Source of the DNA: Octopus sinensis
Lineage: Eukaryota
Direction: 5' to 3'
Assembly (NCBI RefSeq): GCF_006345805.1
Contig: NC_043011.1
Location: forward strand, 22,890,464 to 22,954,463
DNA length: 64,000 nt
How positions within the stretch are numbered: position 1 is the stretch's first letter; each line of letters begins with the position of its first letter. Of the stretch, positions 50,520 to 62,891 are shown piece by piece. The translations under genes and the position numbers were made by a program. The notes below the pieces were generated by a model. The model did no database searches. It was not told where the DNA came from and was given only the letters and a program-made list of their open reading frames with translations.

Positions 50520-50763
50520 AAACAAGTTAAAAATATATTTCTTTACTACCCACAAGGGGCTAAACATAGAGGGAACAAACAAGGACAAAGGGATTAAGTC
50601 TATTACATTGACCCCAGTGCGAAACTGGTACTTTATTTATCGACCTCGAAAGGATGAAAGGCAAAGTCGACCTCGGCGGAATTTGAACTCAGAACGTAAC
50701 CGCAGCTGAAATACCGCTAAGCATTTCGCCCGACGTGCTAACGATTCTGCCAGTTCGCCGCCA
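50520..50763 (-). mobile_element. tRNA-derived SINE, family B. Copies at about 26520-26725(-), 29338-29550(+), 31000-31470(+), 45820-45970(-), 49470-49695(-), 54095-54320(-), 63490-63645(+)
   Basis: Head GGCGGCGAACTGGCAGAATCGTTAGCAC...GAGTTCAAATTCC; core GCCTTTCATCCTTTCGGGGTCGATAAA..AAGTACCAG. Confidence 0.85.
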
Positions 50764-53700
50764 CAAACAAGTTAAAAATAGTTTTGGCTATGACATCTTG
50801 GTGGTGATGCACAATGCTCACCAATAAATGAAAGAGTTTTCTTAGTTGTGAATGCAATAAACCCAGATTCTGCTCTGGGCAATGCTGGTTCCCCAGCTTG
50901 GCAATTATGCCCCCTGTACACCATATTTTGCAAAGTAATAATAAAATAATAATAATGAAATTATTGTATATAGTGCTCAGGTGCACCACAACTTGTCAGA
51001 CAGTGCATATAAAGCACATGCAGTAAAGCGAACAATGCATGAGTCAGATACATGCTTGTGTGTGTATGGAGGGGAGAAAATCAGGTGTAGTGTTGGCGAA
51101 TCTCAGAAAGCATGGAAGTTTTGAAGGATGCAGTGCTCCGACAACTAACAACTGATGCCGGCAGTTTGTTCCATGCTTCAGCAACTCTCAACATGAAAAA
51201 ATGTTTCCTAAAATAGGTTGTTACCAGACCAGAAATACCTTGTGATGTAGTTTTTGTTTCAAGAGAACAAATACTCATCCTTCACCTGAACATCAACAAT
51301 ATAGCAACCAAAGCTGATCAATTATATACAATTAGAAACACTAGTTTTGGCATTCAGCTAAATGGTAAACTTATGTGCTGATTCTTTGATTTCAGTAGTA
51401 ACTTACATTAAAAGTTCTCTGCCATGTTATCTACTCAATTACTGAAAGGTGTTGGAGACACAAACTTGATAGTTTCATTTTTTCTTTCATCACACAGGTG
51501 TTGTACAAAACGAGGTATAATCCAATATACCTCTAAATTATTGTTATTCCAACTTTACAGAAACAGTTGTTGAGTTTAATAATAATGAACTTATTGTATA
51601 TTGCTCAGGTGCTCTACAATTTAAGATACATTGAATTTTGTGATTGGTCGACTCTATACATCAGGAACATTTTATTAAAACTTCAGCTGGGGCACTGCTT
51701 TGAAGGGGTTTAGTTGAATGAATTGACTCCAATACTTTTTTTTTTAAGCCTGGTACTTGTTCTATTCGTTTCTTATGCTAAACTGCTTAGCTACAGGGAC
51801 GTAAACAAACTAACACTGGTTGTCAAGCAATGTTGGTGATGAACACTGTACCTGGAACCATGTGGTTGGGAAGTAAATGTCTTATGACACCTACAATAGC
51901 TCTTTTACTCGTTTCAGTCATTTGACTCTGGCCATGCTGGAGCACCGCCTTTAGTTGAACAAATCGACCTCAGGACTTATTCTATCGGTCTCTTTTGCTG
52001 AATTGCTAAGTTACGGGGATGTAAACCGAACCCGACTCCTCATGATATGCCAAAGCATTCATTTTGAGTATATTTTGATTTTTAAAAGAGTGAAAAACAT
52101 CAGATAAACACCTCCACTTATGTGCTGGTAAGTCTCTAGTATAGTAAGACAACAGAATAACACTGTTAGTGGGAGAGGTTAGGAAGGTAAAGGACAAGGA
52201 TGAAATAATGGGATCATACTCTTACTATACTGTTTTATAACCATGTTGCCTGAAATACATCAGAACATTATCCTCATCAGCCCCCACCAGGACATGTATC
52301 TCCTGCATAGGGACTATTATAACCATGTTGATAAACGTAAAAGAACATTTTGGCAGGGTCAATTCCTAAAGATTTACAGTATTTCATCCTTCTTTTTACC
52401 TTACATTCTTATTGATTCCTTGTTTTTCTGGCAGAATGCTTATTGCTGCTGCTGCATGTTCTTATTCGATGGGGCTGGGGGGTCATCTCAGGTTAGTGGT
52501 CATTATGAGCAGAGCCAACCAAGTCCAACAGTGCTTTCCATTGCTGGTGGTCCCATGTCATCCCTTCTACACTCTCCAAAGTGACGTTATGCCTCTGGAG
52601 ATCTTCCTTAATCACACCCAGCCACGAGGCTTGTTCCAGCATTCAAAAACAACTTAGACCAAAAAATTGGAGTAGACTAGTGTTTTTTTTCTTCTTTTCT
52701 TTTTGTATTTCGCAAAAGACTTGCTCCCTTTTGTGAAATGTAATGATTCATCACACATCAAAGAGTGAGGAAATGAGATTTCTGACTCCTCTTGCTGTGC
52801 CACTGATGTGGATGGAAGCACTCCGTCGGTTACGACAATGAGGGTTCCGGTTGATCCGATCAACGGAACAGCCTGCTTGTGAAATTAACGTGTAAGTGGC
52901 TGAGCACTCCACAGACACGTGTACCCTTAACGTAGTTCTCAGGGATATTCAGCGTGACATAGAGAGTGACAAGGCCGGCCCTTTGAAATACAGGTACAAC
53001 AGAAACAGGAAGTAAGAGAGAGAAAGTTGTGGTGAAAGAGTACAGCAGGGATCACCACCATCCCTGCCGGAGCCTCGTGGAGCTTTAGGTGTTTTCGCTC
53101 AATAAACACTCACAACGCCCAGTCTGGGAATAGAAACCGCAATCCTACGACCGCGAGTCCACTGCCCTAACCACTGGGCCATTGTGCCTCCACGCCACTG
53201 ACGTATTACTCCAATCAAATGCAGTTTTATCCCGACTGGACTAATTATCCTGAGTTAAGGAACTGTTTACCTAGGTGGACAGAGGTTTTGAATGGTAAAT
53301 GTCCTCAATAGGAAAACAGAATCAGTGACAAGAGACAAGTAAATATGGACAGTCATCAATTAACCCACATGACAAAGGACCTCATTTACATCTTCAAATA
53401 TAATAGAAAGAAAAAAAACATAACAAAACAATTAAATCAAAAATTCTTTATTTCACTTTATCATGAAACAAAAATGTTTTTCATCTGATTATTTGTAAAA
53501 AAATATGTACTTACAATAAATAATCAGAAGAATATTCTGTACATACTGCTTTTAATTAATTCATATGAAATATATATATATATATATATATATAAATTTT
53601 ACTTCTCATATAAGCATATGCTTGTGAACATGCTCCATCCATTTCAGAAAGTGATTCTTCAATTAATACACTTCATGTGAAAATTCAGCCATTAAAATTC

Positions 53701-54685
53701 ATTTTTCTTCAGCTCAAAATATACCTTTCTTTTTTACCTCTACCATTATAACCATTAGGAGGGTGTGTATGTGTGTGTACATACAAACACACACACACAC
53801 ATTTACTCACATGCATACATAATACATATATGTGTATGTGTGTGTGTACAAACACACATTTACTCATATGTGCATACACACATTTACTCATATTTACACA
53901 CATATATACATACACTATATCAGGTTACATCACTCATAAGAAGCATAATACATATAACATACACATATATGGTCAGTCCACGAATCAAAATTGCAATCTA
54001 CAATCATGAGTCCAACACCTTAACCACTAAACTATGTGCCTCCACATACATATCTACAATAAATTAACAGCAAAGTTTTCATTATATATAATTCTTTATT
54101 GCCCACAAGCGGCTAAACATAGAGGGGACAAACAATGACAGACAAAGGGATTGAGTCGATTACATCGACCCCAGTGCGTAACTGGTACTTATTTAATCGA
54201 CCCCGAAAGGATGAAAGGCACAGTCAACCTCGGCAGAATTTGAACTCAGAACGTAGCGGCAGACGAAATACCACTAAGCATTTCGCCTGGCATGCTAACA
54301 ATTCTGCCAGCTCGTCACCTTAAGTTTTCATTATATAATGCAGTGTATAATTTATAACAAAAAGGGACAGAGACAGGAAAACAATGAACAAAAGAGTCAC
54401 TGAAGGGAACTCAAGCCACGTCTCTCATTCCTACTCAGTGATTGTGTCACTAATTGTATCACAAGTATTTCACTTGCTTCACAGATAATTTTTGTCAATC
54501 ACTTAAATTACTGGCAGTATATGTATGCTTGCTTCTGGCCATTCCGTTTACCTCATTACCTGAACAGGTGCTTGTTTTATACCCCATATATATATTAATA
54601 TATATATATATATATATGTATAAGATAAAACTTACTTGGAAATGGATGCGTGGCGTCAATCATATAATAATATAAATATATATAT

Positions 54686-54718
<33 letters not shown>

Positions 54719-55106
54719 GCATATATGGGTACAGGACATTACAAAACGTAAATAACATGAAATACAAGGCAAACGGGTATGCAAACGAGAGAAACAAATG
54801 GAAAAACAAGAAAAGTAACATAAAGAACGACCCTTCATCAGTTGTTGGCTGTTCATCTACTCCACATTTCAAGCAATCAACAACAATATGAGGCTTTGAA
54901 AAACAGTTGCTCCCATGAACCAAAATAAAATTTGGGATTTGTGGAGGGTCAAAGTTTGTATTATTTATTATTACAAATTTAGGATATTCACCAATAGATG
55001 AGCAACTCCTATTTCAGGATAACCTCATGGTATGGTATACGCAGTGAAAATTACATCAAATAAAATAAAATAACATACAATAAAATTAGTTAAGGTAATA
55101 CAAGTA

Positions 55107-55190
55107 ATCGCTACACGTGTTTCTGCACTGATGGGGTATGTATTAAGACTATACTTAATACATAAATACACCACTGCATCCTCAGGTTAT
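55107..55190 (-). ncRNA. Degenerate hammerhead motif (left arm of the 54966-56010 inverted repeat)
   Basis: CUGAGGA (55185-55179); 11-bp perfect distal stem II; GAAA CACGUG UA; weak stem I. Confidence 0.45.
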
Positions 55191-55787
55191 TAATATTATC
55201 ATTATGTGCGGGTAAAAGTTAAAATCTAATAAAATGTATACACCCTTAATTGCTATATTATTTGTAGAGTGAAGTGTATTGGTATATTATTTATAGAGTG
55301 AAAATAGATAACAAAACGTCCTTATTATGTACAACAGAGCTTATGAAAATACTCTAGTCGAGAGTTATTATTAAACAGTAATGAAGAGTGAGAAATAAAA
55401 TGCCAACATAAGAATATCTTTACATATAATAAAATGAAAAATATATCAAATACCCCCCCCCTATATCATCTCTACACACTTATGAGGGATAAAGTTACTA
55501 GAAGTTTTAATAATATTTATAGTAGTATTATATATGTATATACTAAGAACTAAGAATTTATTAAACAATATTACCTTTAAATGAATAGACAGGCCACATT
55601 TATGTAACATAAATCTCAAAACACTTTTGATATATTTCTAAGTTAATCATTAACAATTTTCTTAGGTAGAGCATTTTCAATATATATCTTAATTTTATTT
55701 TAGGTATCTAATATTTTTATAAATATATTTGTAATTTTTATTTTTAATATGATTTTAAACTTTTACCCATACATAATAATAATATAC

Positions 55788-55873
55788 ATAGCCTGAGGAC
55801 GCACTGGCATATTTATGCATTAAGTATAGCCTTAATACACCCCCCCCATCAGTGCAGAAACACGTGTAGCAAA
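55788..55873 (+). ncRNA. Degenerate hammerhead motif (right arm of the 54966-56010 inverted repeat)
   Basis: CUGAGGA 55793-55799; GCACUG/CAGUGC stem II; GAAA CACGUG UA; weak stem I. Confidence 0.45.
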
Positions 55874-56599
55874 TTTAATTAACTAATTTTATTGTATGTT
55901 ATTTTAATTATTCTATTTGATGTAATTTTCTCTGCATATACCATACCATTAGGTTATCCTGAAATAGGAGTTGCTTATCTATTGGTAAATATTCCAAATT
56001 TGTAATAATAATATTATAAAATATACTTTTTACATTTTATTAGAAAAGTGTAAAATAGTAAACTTCCTGATAACCTGGAATACTTGTTGTTCCCTAATAT
56101 ATTTTATTTATATTACTATATATATATATATTATAGTTATAAATAAGCAGGTGGTGTAAAGTTCCTGGCTTTGAGTAAAAGAAAATACAAGAAGATCAGT
56201 AAATTATGATTTTATTCAACATATTCCCCTCTCAGATTCACACACTTATTACAGTGGTCCTTCAGTTTTTCTAAAGCCCTGTAAAAGAACCTTTTCTGTT
56301 GGTGACAGGAAAGGCATCCAGCCACAGAAAATCTGCCTCAAAAATTACAGCTCATCCATGCAAGTATGGAAAGGTGACTTTTGTGACACCCTTAAAGCCA
56401 GGAAGATATGTGTGTATTTCATTAATTGTTTATAGTAACCACCCATGCTGTGAATACCAAAAGCAAAAGTCATATGATTTTCAAATTGGGTATATAGTGG
56501 GTTGGTGTGAGGGTGAAATTTGCTAGTGTGTAAGATTGCACAAAACATAAGGATTCTTCTTGTCACGGTCAATAAATAGAATGACTTTACAATTCGCCA

Positions 56600-56760
56600 G
56601 CAAAAGGAATCGACAGCATCTCATTCAGTTTAACCTGGGCCCTATGAACATGTTGTTCAACATGAGTGCAACCTGAGTAAAAATTCCACTGGAGACAATT
56701 TATGAACTCATTAGAACAATGCCCCAACGAATTAAATCATTAAAAACTGCATCAATGACA
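56600..56760 (+). mobile_element. Possible Tc1 transposase C-terminal remnant
   Basis: KIPLETIYELIRTMPQRIKSLKT resembles the Tc1 IP.ETI..L..SMP.R motif. Confidence 0.35.
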
Positions 56761-58277
56761 TTATTTTGTTTCTAGGAATAGATCTTTTAAAAGAGAATGG
56801 AGTCTATTTACTTTTGAGTTGTGTGTGTATGCATATATATGTACACCACCATCTCACACATATTACATTACATTACATTACATATATATATAAAGAGAGC
56901 AATTCAGCTTTAATAAACTGTATACACATATACAAAGAAAACGGAAGATTGACTGTAAGTACAATTTTCAAAGATTTCCAGAGTGAAAGATGATGTTAAT
57001 CAATTGAAAAGATGAGCAACCTAAAGAATTGATCTCTTTAATGTATGAAAAACATTTACTGGAAAAGGCACTTTTGTTAATTTAATATCTCTATTGAATA
57101 GATTTTGTTTTTTAAATTACTATAAGCACTAAACTGACTTTCTAGTGCTAGAAACTCTAACAAGTAGCTGATAGCACTAAGGTCAGTCACAGCTTTAAAA
57201 TAGCTGTTAGTTGTAGAACACATGGTAACCTGTATTCACTTTTCAGTTCCCTTAGCAGATGTTCAAAAGAACATGGTTGCTTAGTTGTTTTCAGTTAAAC
57301 GATGATGATGATGAAAGGAGTAAATTTTGTTAAGCACAAACTTATTGACAAGAGTTCTATTAATTCACACTATTAATTTCTAATACTCTCGCAAGCAGTC
57401 TTTGGACTGTGTCTTTAATTCACTGAGTTATAGGATTTACTTTTAGTTATACAATTCCAATGATATTCCCAAAAGCTGTTGCACTTTTCTTAACCAAAAC
57501 CAGAGTTGAAGCTGGAAGAGCATGAGAGGATAATGAGCAGAGTTCCTTCTCTTCACCTAGGACTTAGTTAAAAAAGAAAAAAATGTATTTACGCATATGT
57601 GCGCATACATTGTATGGTAAGAAATCTGCTTCCCAACCACGTGGTTCTGGGTTCAATTTCACTGCATGACACCTTGGGCAAGCGTCTTCTACTATAGCCT
57701 CAGATCAACCAAAACCTTATGTGTGGATTTGGTAGATGGAAACTGAAAGAAGCTTACCATTTGTATGTGTGTCTTTGTATCTGTGTTTGTTCCCCACCAC
57801 CGATTGATAACTGGTGTTGGTTTGTTTACATCGCTGTAACTTTGTGGTTCAATAAAAGGGATCGACGGAATAAATACCAGGCTTTAAAAAAAATAAAATT
57901 TCAAGGCGGTGTCCCAGCATGGCTGCTGTGTAACGATTGAAACGAGTAAAAAGTAAAAGATACTATACACAAGGACTAAAATAGGTTTTGTAGAAATATA
58001 TGTTTTTTTTATTACAAATTTTGTAATTTTATAAACATTATGAAATATTACAAATGTAGAAAAATAATTTGAATGTTTAAAACAGTGGTAGAACAGGTTA
58101 GGCAGAGAACGGTATAGTAGAAGAGAGAAAAGATTGAGAATAAAATAAAAAAGAAAAAACTAATATTTGAGATGAAATTATTAGCAAAAGAATACACACA
58201 CACACACACACATATATATATATTATAATATAAGTAAATAAATGGAGTTGAACGCAGATGTTATTAAAATTCTTTTA

Positions 58278-58359
58278 CTTTCGACATATGTTTCGAAGAC
58301 AACATGGTATTATTCCAAAAGAATAAATGGTGTAAAATGCAATCTTCTCATCAGGAAAG
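58278..58359 (-). ncRNA. Type I hammerhead ribozyme motif with palindromic stem III (intact)
   Basis: Stem I CUUUC/GAAAG; core CUGAUGA; stem II GAAGA...UCUUC; GAAA; CAUAUG; UC. Predicted cleavage between 58283 and 58282. Activity untested. Confidence 0.8.
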
Positions 58360-58386
58360 AAAGAGAGCTTATCTCAACAACAAGAC

Positions 58387-58470
58387 ATTCTCCTGATGAG
58401 AAGATTGCATTTTATACCGTTTATTCCTTCGGAATAATACCATGTTGTCTTCGAAACATATGTCGAAAGT
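58387..58470 (+). ncRNA. Type I hammerhead ribozyme motif, inverted partner copy
   Basis: CUGAUGA 58393-58399; stem II GAAGA/UCUUC; GAAA 58453-58456; CAUAUG; UC at 58463-58464. Stem I AUUCUC/GAAAGU has one mismatch. Confidence 0.72.
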
Positions 58471-58859
58471 AAAAGAATTTTAATAACATCTGCGTTCAAC
58501 TCCATTTATTTACTTATAATACACAAATTACTGCACATTAACCCGGAGTTTCTACCTTTGAATAGGTCGCTTCAATCCGTGTTACTTGTGTGAATTTGCT
58601 ACCTGGTAACTGTTTATTGAATTTCCATGTTAACAGTAAACAAAGGATAATTCATTCATCCATTTAAATATATTATAATATATTATATATATATATTATA
58701 ATAGAATATATTATAAATATATATATATTATATATTATAATAATATATATATATTATAATATATATATATATTTATATATATATAATTATAATATATATA
58801 TATTTTTATAATATATATATATACACACACATGCAACACACTGACAGTGGGGGAAAGGA

Positions 58860-59635
58860 TTAAAAAATTTGCTTTAAGAAAACTATGAAGGCGAGGAGTA
58901 ACAAAGTGTATGTATTATAGAGAGTGGAAGAAGCAGCAGAACATATTTTTTCATTCGAACTGAAATTCTCAAGAATGTCTTGGTATGTATGAGGTATGAA
59001 TTTCTGTGGCTCAGAAATATATGAAAGCCCAATTGCACTCTCCTTGAAAAGAAGATTTTTACCACCACTGGATGAGAATAAAAGATCCTTGGTTTCACTG
59101 GATCCCAAATCCAAGTAACTGAATACACTGTACATACGCTTTGCCACTTGGTCGTCATTGAAAACCATTGCATGTGCAGGAACTTTGGCAAGATGACATG
59201 TGAGCCAGTTTTGAACTGACTCACGTGAGCCGTCGCTACATAAAAGTTCGTAATCTTCTGATTTTAGATCTTTTTCCCACTCTTCTTTTCCTTTACCATC
59301 AGTGCTTTCCAAAACTGTGGTGTGTTTCACAAATGCCACCTCACCAGTATCCTCAGCTAGACATCGGAAAGCACCTGTATAGCCATAGTATTTGTTCTTC
59401 TTGCTTGCAGAACATTCCTTGCCATTATCTGGGCAAAGCGCACACAAAGATGCAGGGTTACCATGATTTGGATTATTTTTTGCGTCTAAAGCTCCAGGAA
59501 CGCAACTTTTAGAGAAATATGCTCCAACATTTTTAACAATATTATCATTTTTAATCTCATTCTTTTCAATTAACAAACCAACCGGCACCTTCCATCCTGA
59601 TGTTTTACCATAACCAGTGTGACATGATTTGGCAC
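58860..59635 (-). CDS. MELTF: Melanotransferrin-like last exon (GAKSCHTG...FLKQIF*)
   Basis: Acceptor ctcatttag| at 59636; extends track ORF 58860-59588. Confidence 0.92.
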
Positions 59636-60846
59636 CTAAATGAGAGAAAGAGGTGGGGGAAAAAATTATTTAAAAATAAAACTAAAAAAAATTTAAATAA
59701 CAGTAGTCAAAATAATGAATATGCTAACTAACACACACTGAATTGATTTACTGTAAATGGATACTGTTTCTAACAGTAATGAATAATTAAAATGGACCAA
59801 ATGTAACAAAAATAAATTTTTGTTTTTTAGATTCAGAGTGGCTATGTGGTAAGTAGCTTGCTAACTGCTAACCAACCACATGGTTCCGGGTTCAGTCCCA
59901 CTGCGTGGCATCTTGGGCAAGTGTCTCCTGCTATAGCCCCGGGCCGACCAATGCCTTGTGATTGGATTTGGTAGACGGAAACTGAAAGAAGCCTGTCGTA
60001 TATATGTATATATATATATTTATATAGGTGTGGTGGTATGTTTGTGTGTCTGTGTTTGTCCCCCTAGCATTGCTTGACAACCGATGCTGGTGTGTTTACG
60101 TCCCCATCACTTGAAACTGAAAGAAGCCTGTCTTATATATATATATATTTTTATATAGGTGGGTGGTGTATGTTTGTGTGTGTCTGTGTTTGTCCCCCTA
60201 GCATTGCTTGACAACCGATGCTGGTGTGTTTACGTCCCCATCACTTAGCGGTTCGGCAAAAAGAGACCGATAGAATAAGTACTGGGCTTACAAAGAATAA
60301 GTTCCGGGGTCGATTTACTCGACTAAAGGCGGTGCTCCAGCATGGCCGCAGTCAAATGACTGAAACAAGTAAAAGAGTAAAAAGAGTAACCAATAAGGAA
60401 AAACAGATCTATCAATTTACATGTAAGTAAATATCTGAACAGCCTGAATTCTGACTCCCACAATGCACTGGTTCACATAGGCACATCGTTAAGGTTTATA
60501 CTTTCTTTATGTAGTGGTGTATCTAAGATAAGCTAGCCCATTGCTCTCAAAGCTGTATCAATGATAGGATTTCAACTCAATTCACGTACAGCAAAACGTT
60601 TATCAATTATACAGTAGTATTACTGTTTGAGGAAGTACATCCAAATAAAGATCTTCTATGGAATTGTTCAACATAGGCGCAGGAGTGGCTGTGTGGTAAG
60701 TAGCTTGCTAACCAACCACATGGTTCCGGGTTCAGTCCCACTGCGTGGCATCTTGGGCAAGTGTCTTCTGCTATAGCCCCGGGCCGACCAATGCCTTGTG
60801 AGTGGATTTGGTAGACGGAAACTGAAAGAAGCCTGTCGTATATATG

Positions 60847-60879
<33 letters not shown>

Positions 60880-61721
60880 ATGTGTGTGTATGTGTGTGTG
60901 TGTGTGTGTGTTTGTGTTTGTCCCCCTAGCATTGCTTGACAACCGATGCTGGTGTGTTTACGTCCCCGTCACTAAGCAGTTCGGCAAAAAGAGACCGATA
61001 GAATAAGTACTGGACTTACAAAGAATAAGTCCTGGGGTCAATTTGCTCGACTAAAGGCGGTGCTCCAGCATAGCCGCAGTCAAATGACTGAAACAAGTAA
61101 AAGAGTATACTTGCAATAGCAGCCAATTGTCCCCCATATGACATCTTACTAGAGTAGTTCCTAACCTTTTTTCCAACCAAAAAAACTCTTTCAATTAAAC
61201 AATTTTACCCATAGGGCACCCAGGTTTTTAAGGGACCCAATTTTATTAACTAACAACAAATATACTATTTCCAGGTCCATTTCTCACTTGAAAGTAACTA
61301 TCTAACTGAATAATTATATATTTTGTATTGTATTCATTTCAGATTTTGAACGAAACTCATGAACTTCCAAGGGTGCTTAGACCTTAGATTAGGAACCATT
61401 CTGTTGCCAGCTTAAAGAAAGAAAGACAATGGCGTATCTGATATTGCTCATATTATCATCATCATTCATTTAATATCCACCATTCCATGCTTGCATCAAA
61501 AAGGTGAAGATGCATCACGTTCAATTAAATAATAAGTAATAAATTATATATATATATATGTATGTATATATATATCTTTTATATATATATATATATGTAT
61601 ACATATATGTGTGTGTGTATATATATATATATTTGTGTGTGTATATATATATATATATATGTGTATATATGTATGTATATATCTTTTTATATATATATAT
61701 ATGTGTATACATATATATATA

Positions 61722-61765
<44 letters not shown>

Positions 61766-61991
61766 GTGTATATATATGTGTGTGTTATATATATATATTG
61801 TTGTGTGTGTGTATATATATATATTTTGTGTGTGTATATATATATATTTTGTGTGTGTATATATATATATATGTGTGTGTTATATATAGATTATATTGTG
61901 TATATATATATATATATATTATATATATATATATATTTGTATATATATATATGTATATATATATATGTATATATGTATATATATATATTTA

Positions 61992-62043
<52 letters not shown>

Positions 62044-62060
62044 ATATATATATGTATATA

Positions 62061-62093
<33 letters not shown>

Positions 62094-62108
62094 ATATATA
62101 TATATATG

Positions 62109-62154
<46 letters not shown>

Positions 62155-62891
62155 ATATATACAATGTATATATATATATAAGCAATAAAATCTCTGAGCA
62201 AGATGTAAAAAGTAGCAGCACAACATCATGAAGTATATTTGCCACCTAAATATGGTTGACCCATATGGGATGATGCTACTTTTGTTTATAGCCACAGGAA
62301 TATATCTCCTCCAAGTGGCTAACAACATACTGTCTGTGTCTGATCAGTATTTGCTTGATCTATCCTTACAAAAATCTATTTAACCCATAGATGGGACCCT
62401 GACAGGTACTACCATTCCCGGTCAGAATAGACCTGAAAGTAATGATAATTAAGGGGTGACCACATACTCCCCACAACTCCAGAAGTCCCAAACTTGAGCC
62501 TTGCCACCAGATGCAGTTTAATGTCATACCCAAGACATTCATACATATATACAACAGGCTTTCATCTAGTTTACATCTACCAATTTCCACTCACAAGGCA
62601 CAGCTCAGTTTGAACACATAGTAGAAGATGCCCATGATGTGCCGTGCTAAGACACCTGGAAAAATGTGGTGGCAAAGTGAACTTAACCACACAGCAATGC
62701 ACATGTGAATAAACCAGAAATAAATAGAAAAGCAAGAGGTCCATTTCAAATATAAATGGTATGACAAACCTTTCAAATTAGGAAACTTCAATTTGGAGTC
62801 TTTCTTTACCACAGCCACGGCATAGTAGGAGGCTTCCTGAGCATTCTTTTCTGTTATATGAGTTTCAGATATTCCAGGTGTAATTTTACAT
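58860..62891 (-). CDS. MELTF: Melanotransferrin-like (transferrin family, C-terminal lobe plus GPI signal), 3' part only: complement(join(58860-59635,62770-62891)); upstream exons lie outside the window
   Basis: Transferrin motifs [58 protein letters not shown]-terminus CSAASS followed by a hydrophobic tail, typical of a GPI signal. The symbol is by family resemblance; orthology was not tested. Confidence 0.88.
61540..62180. repeat. (TA)n/(TG)n microsatellite in the melanotransferrin-like intron
   Basis: Direct reading. Confidence 0.97.
62770..62891 (-). CDS. MELTF: Melanotransferrin-like penultimate exon ([11 protein letters not shown]...[20 protein letters not shown])
   Basis: Polypyrimidine tract plus AG at 62892, donor G|gtttgt at 62769; joins in phase to the last exon. 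Confidence 0.88.

Larger units (their letters stand above)
54966..56010. repeat. Diverged inverted repeat, about 260-bp arms and about 520-bp spacer (PLE terminal-repeat-like)
   Basis: 54966-55226 versus 55752-56010, roughly 85% identity by eye. Confidence 0.88.
58229..58518. repeat. Inverted repeat, 128-bp arms with 4 mismatches, 34-nt loop
   Basis: 58229-58356 versus 58391-58518 compared base by base. Confidence 0.97.

Noticed and set aside
58838-58843. CAGUGU loop just after the melanotransferrin stop (possible iron-responsive element)
   Set aside because: The required 5-bp upper stem (ACUGU/GUUGC) has two mismatches and two wobbles; not an IRE fold.
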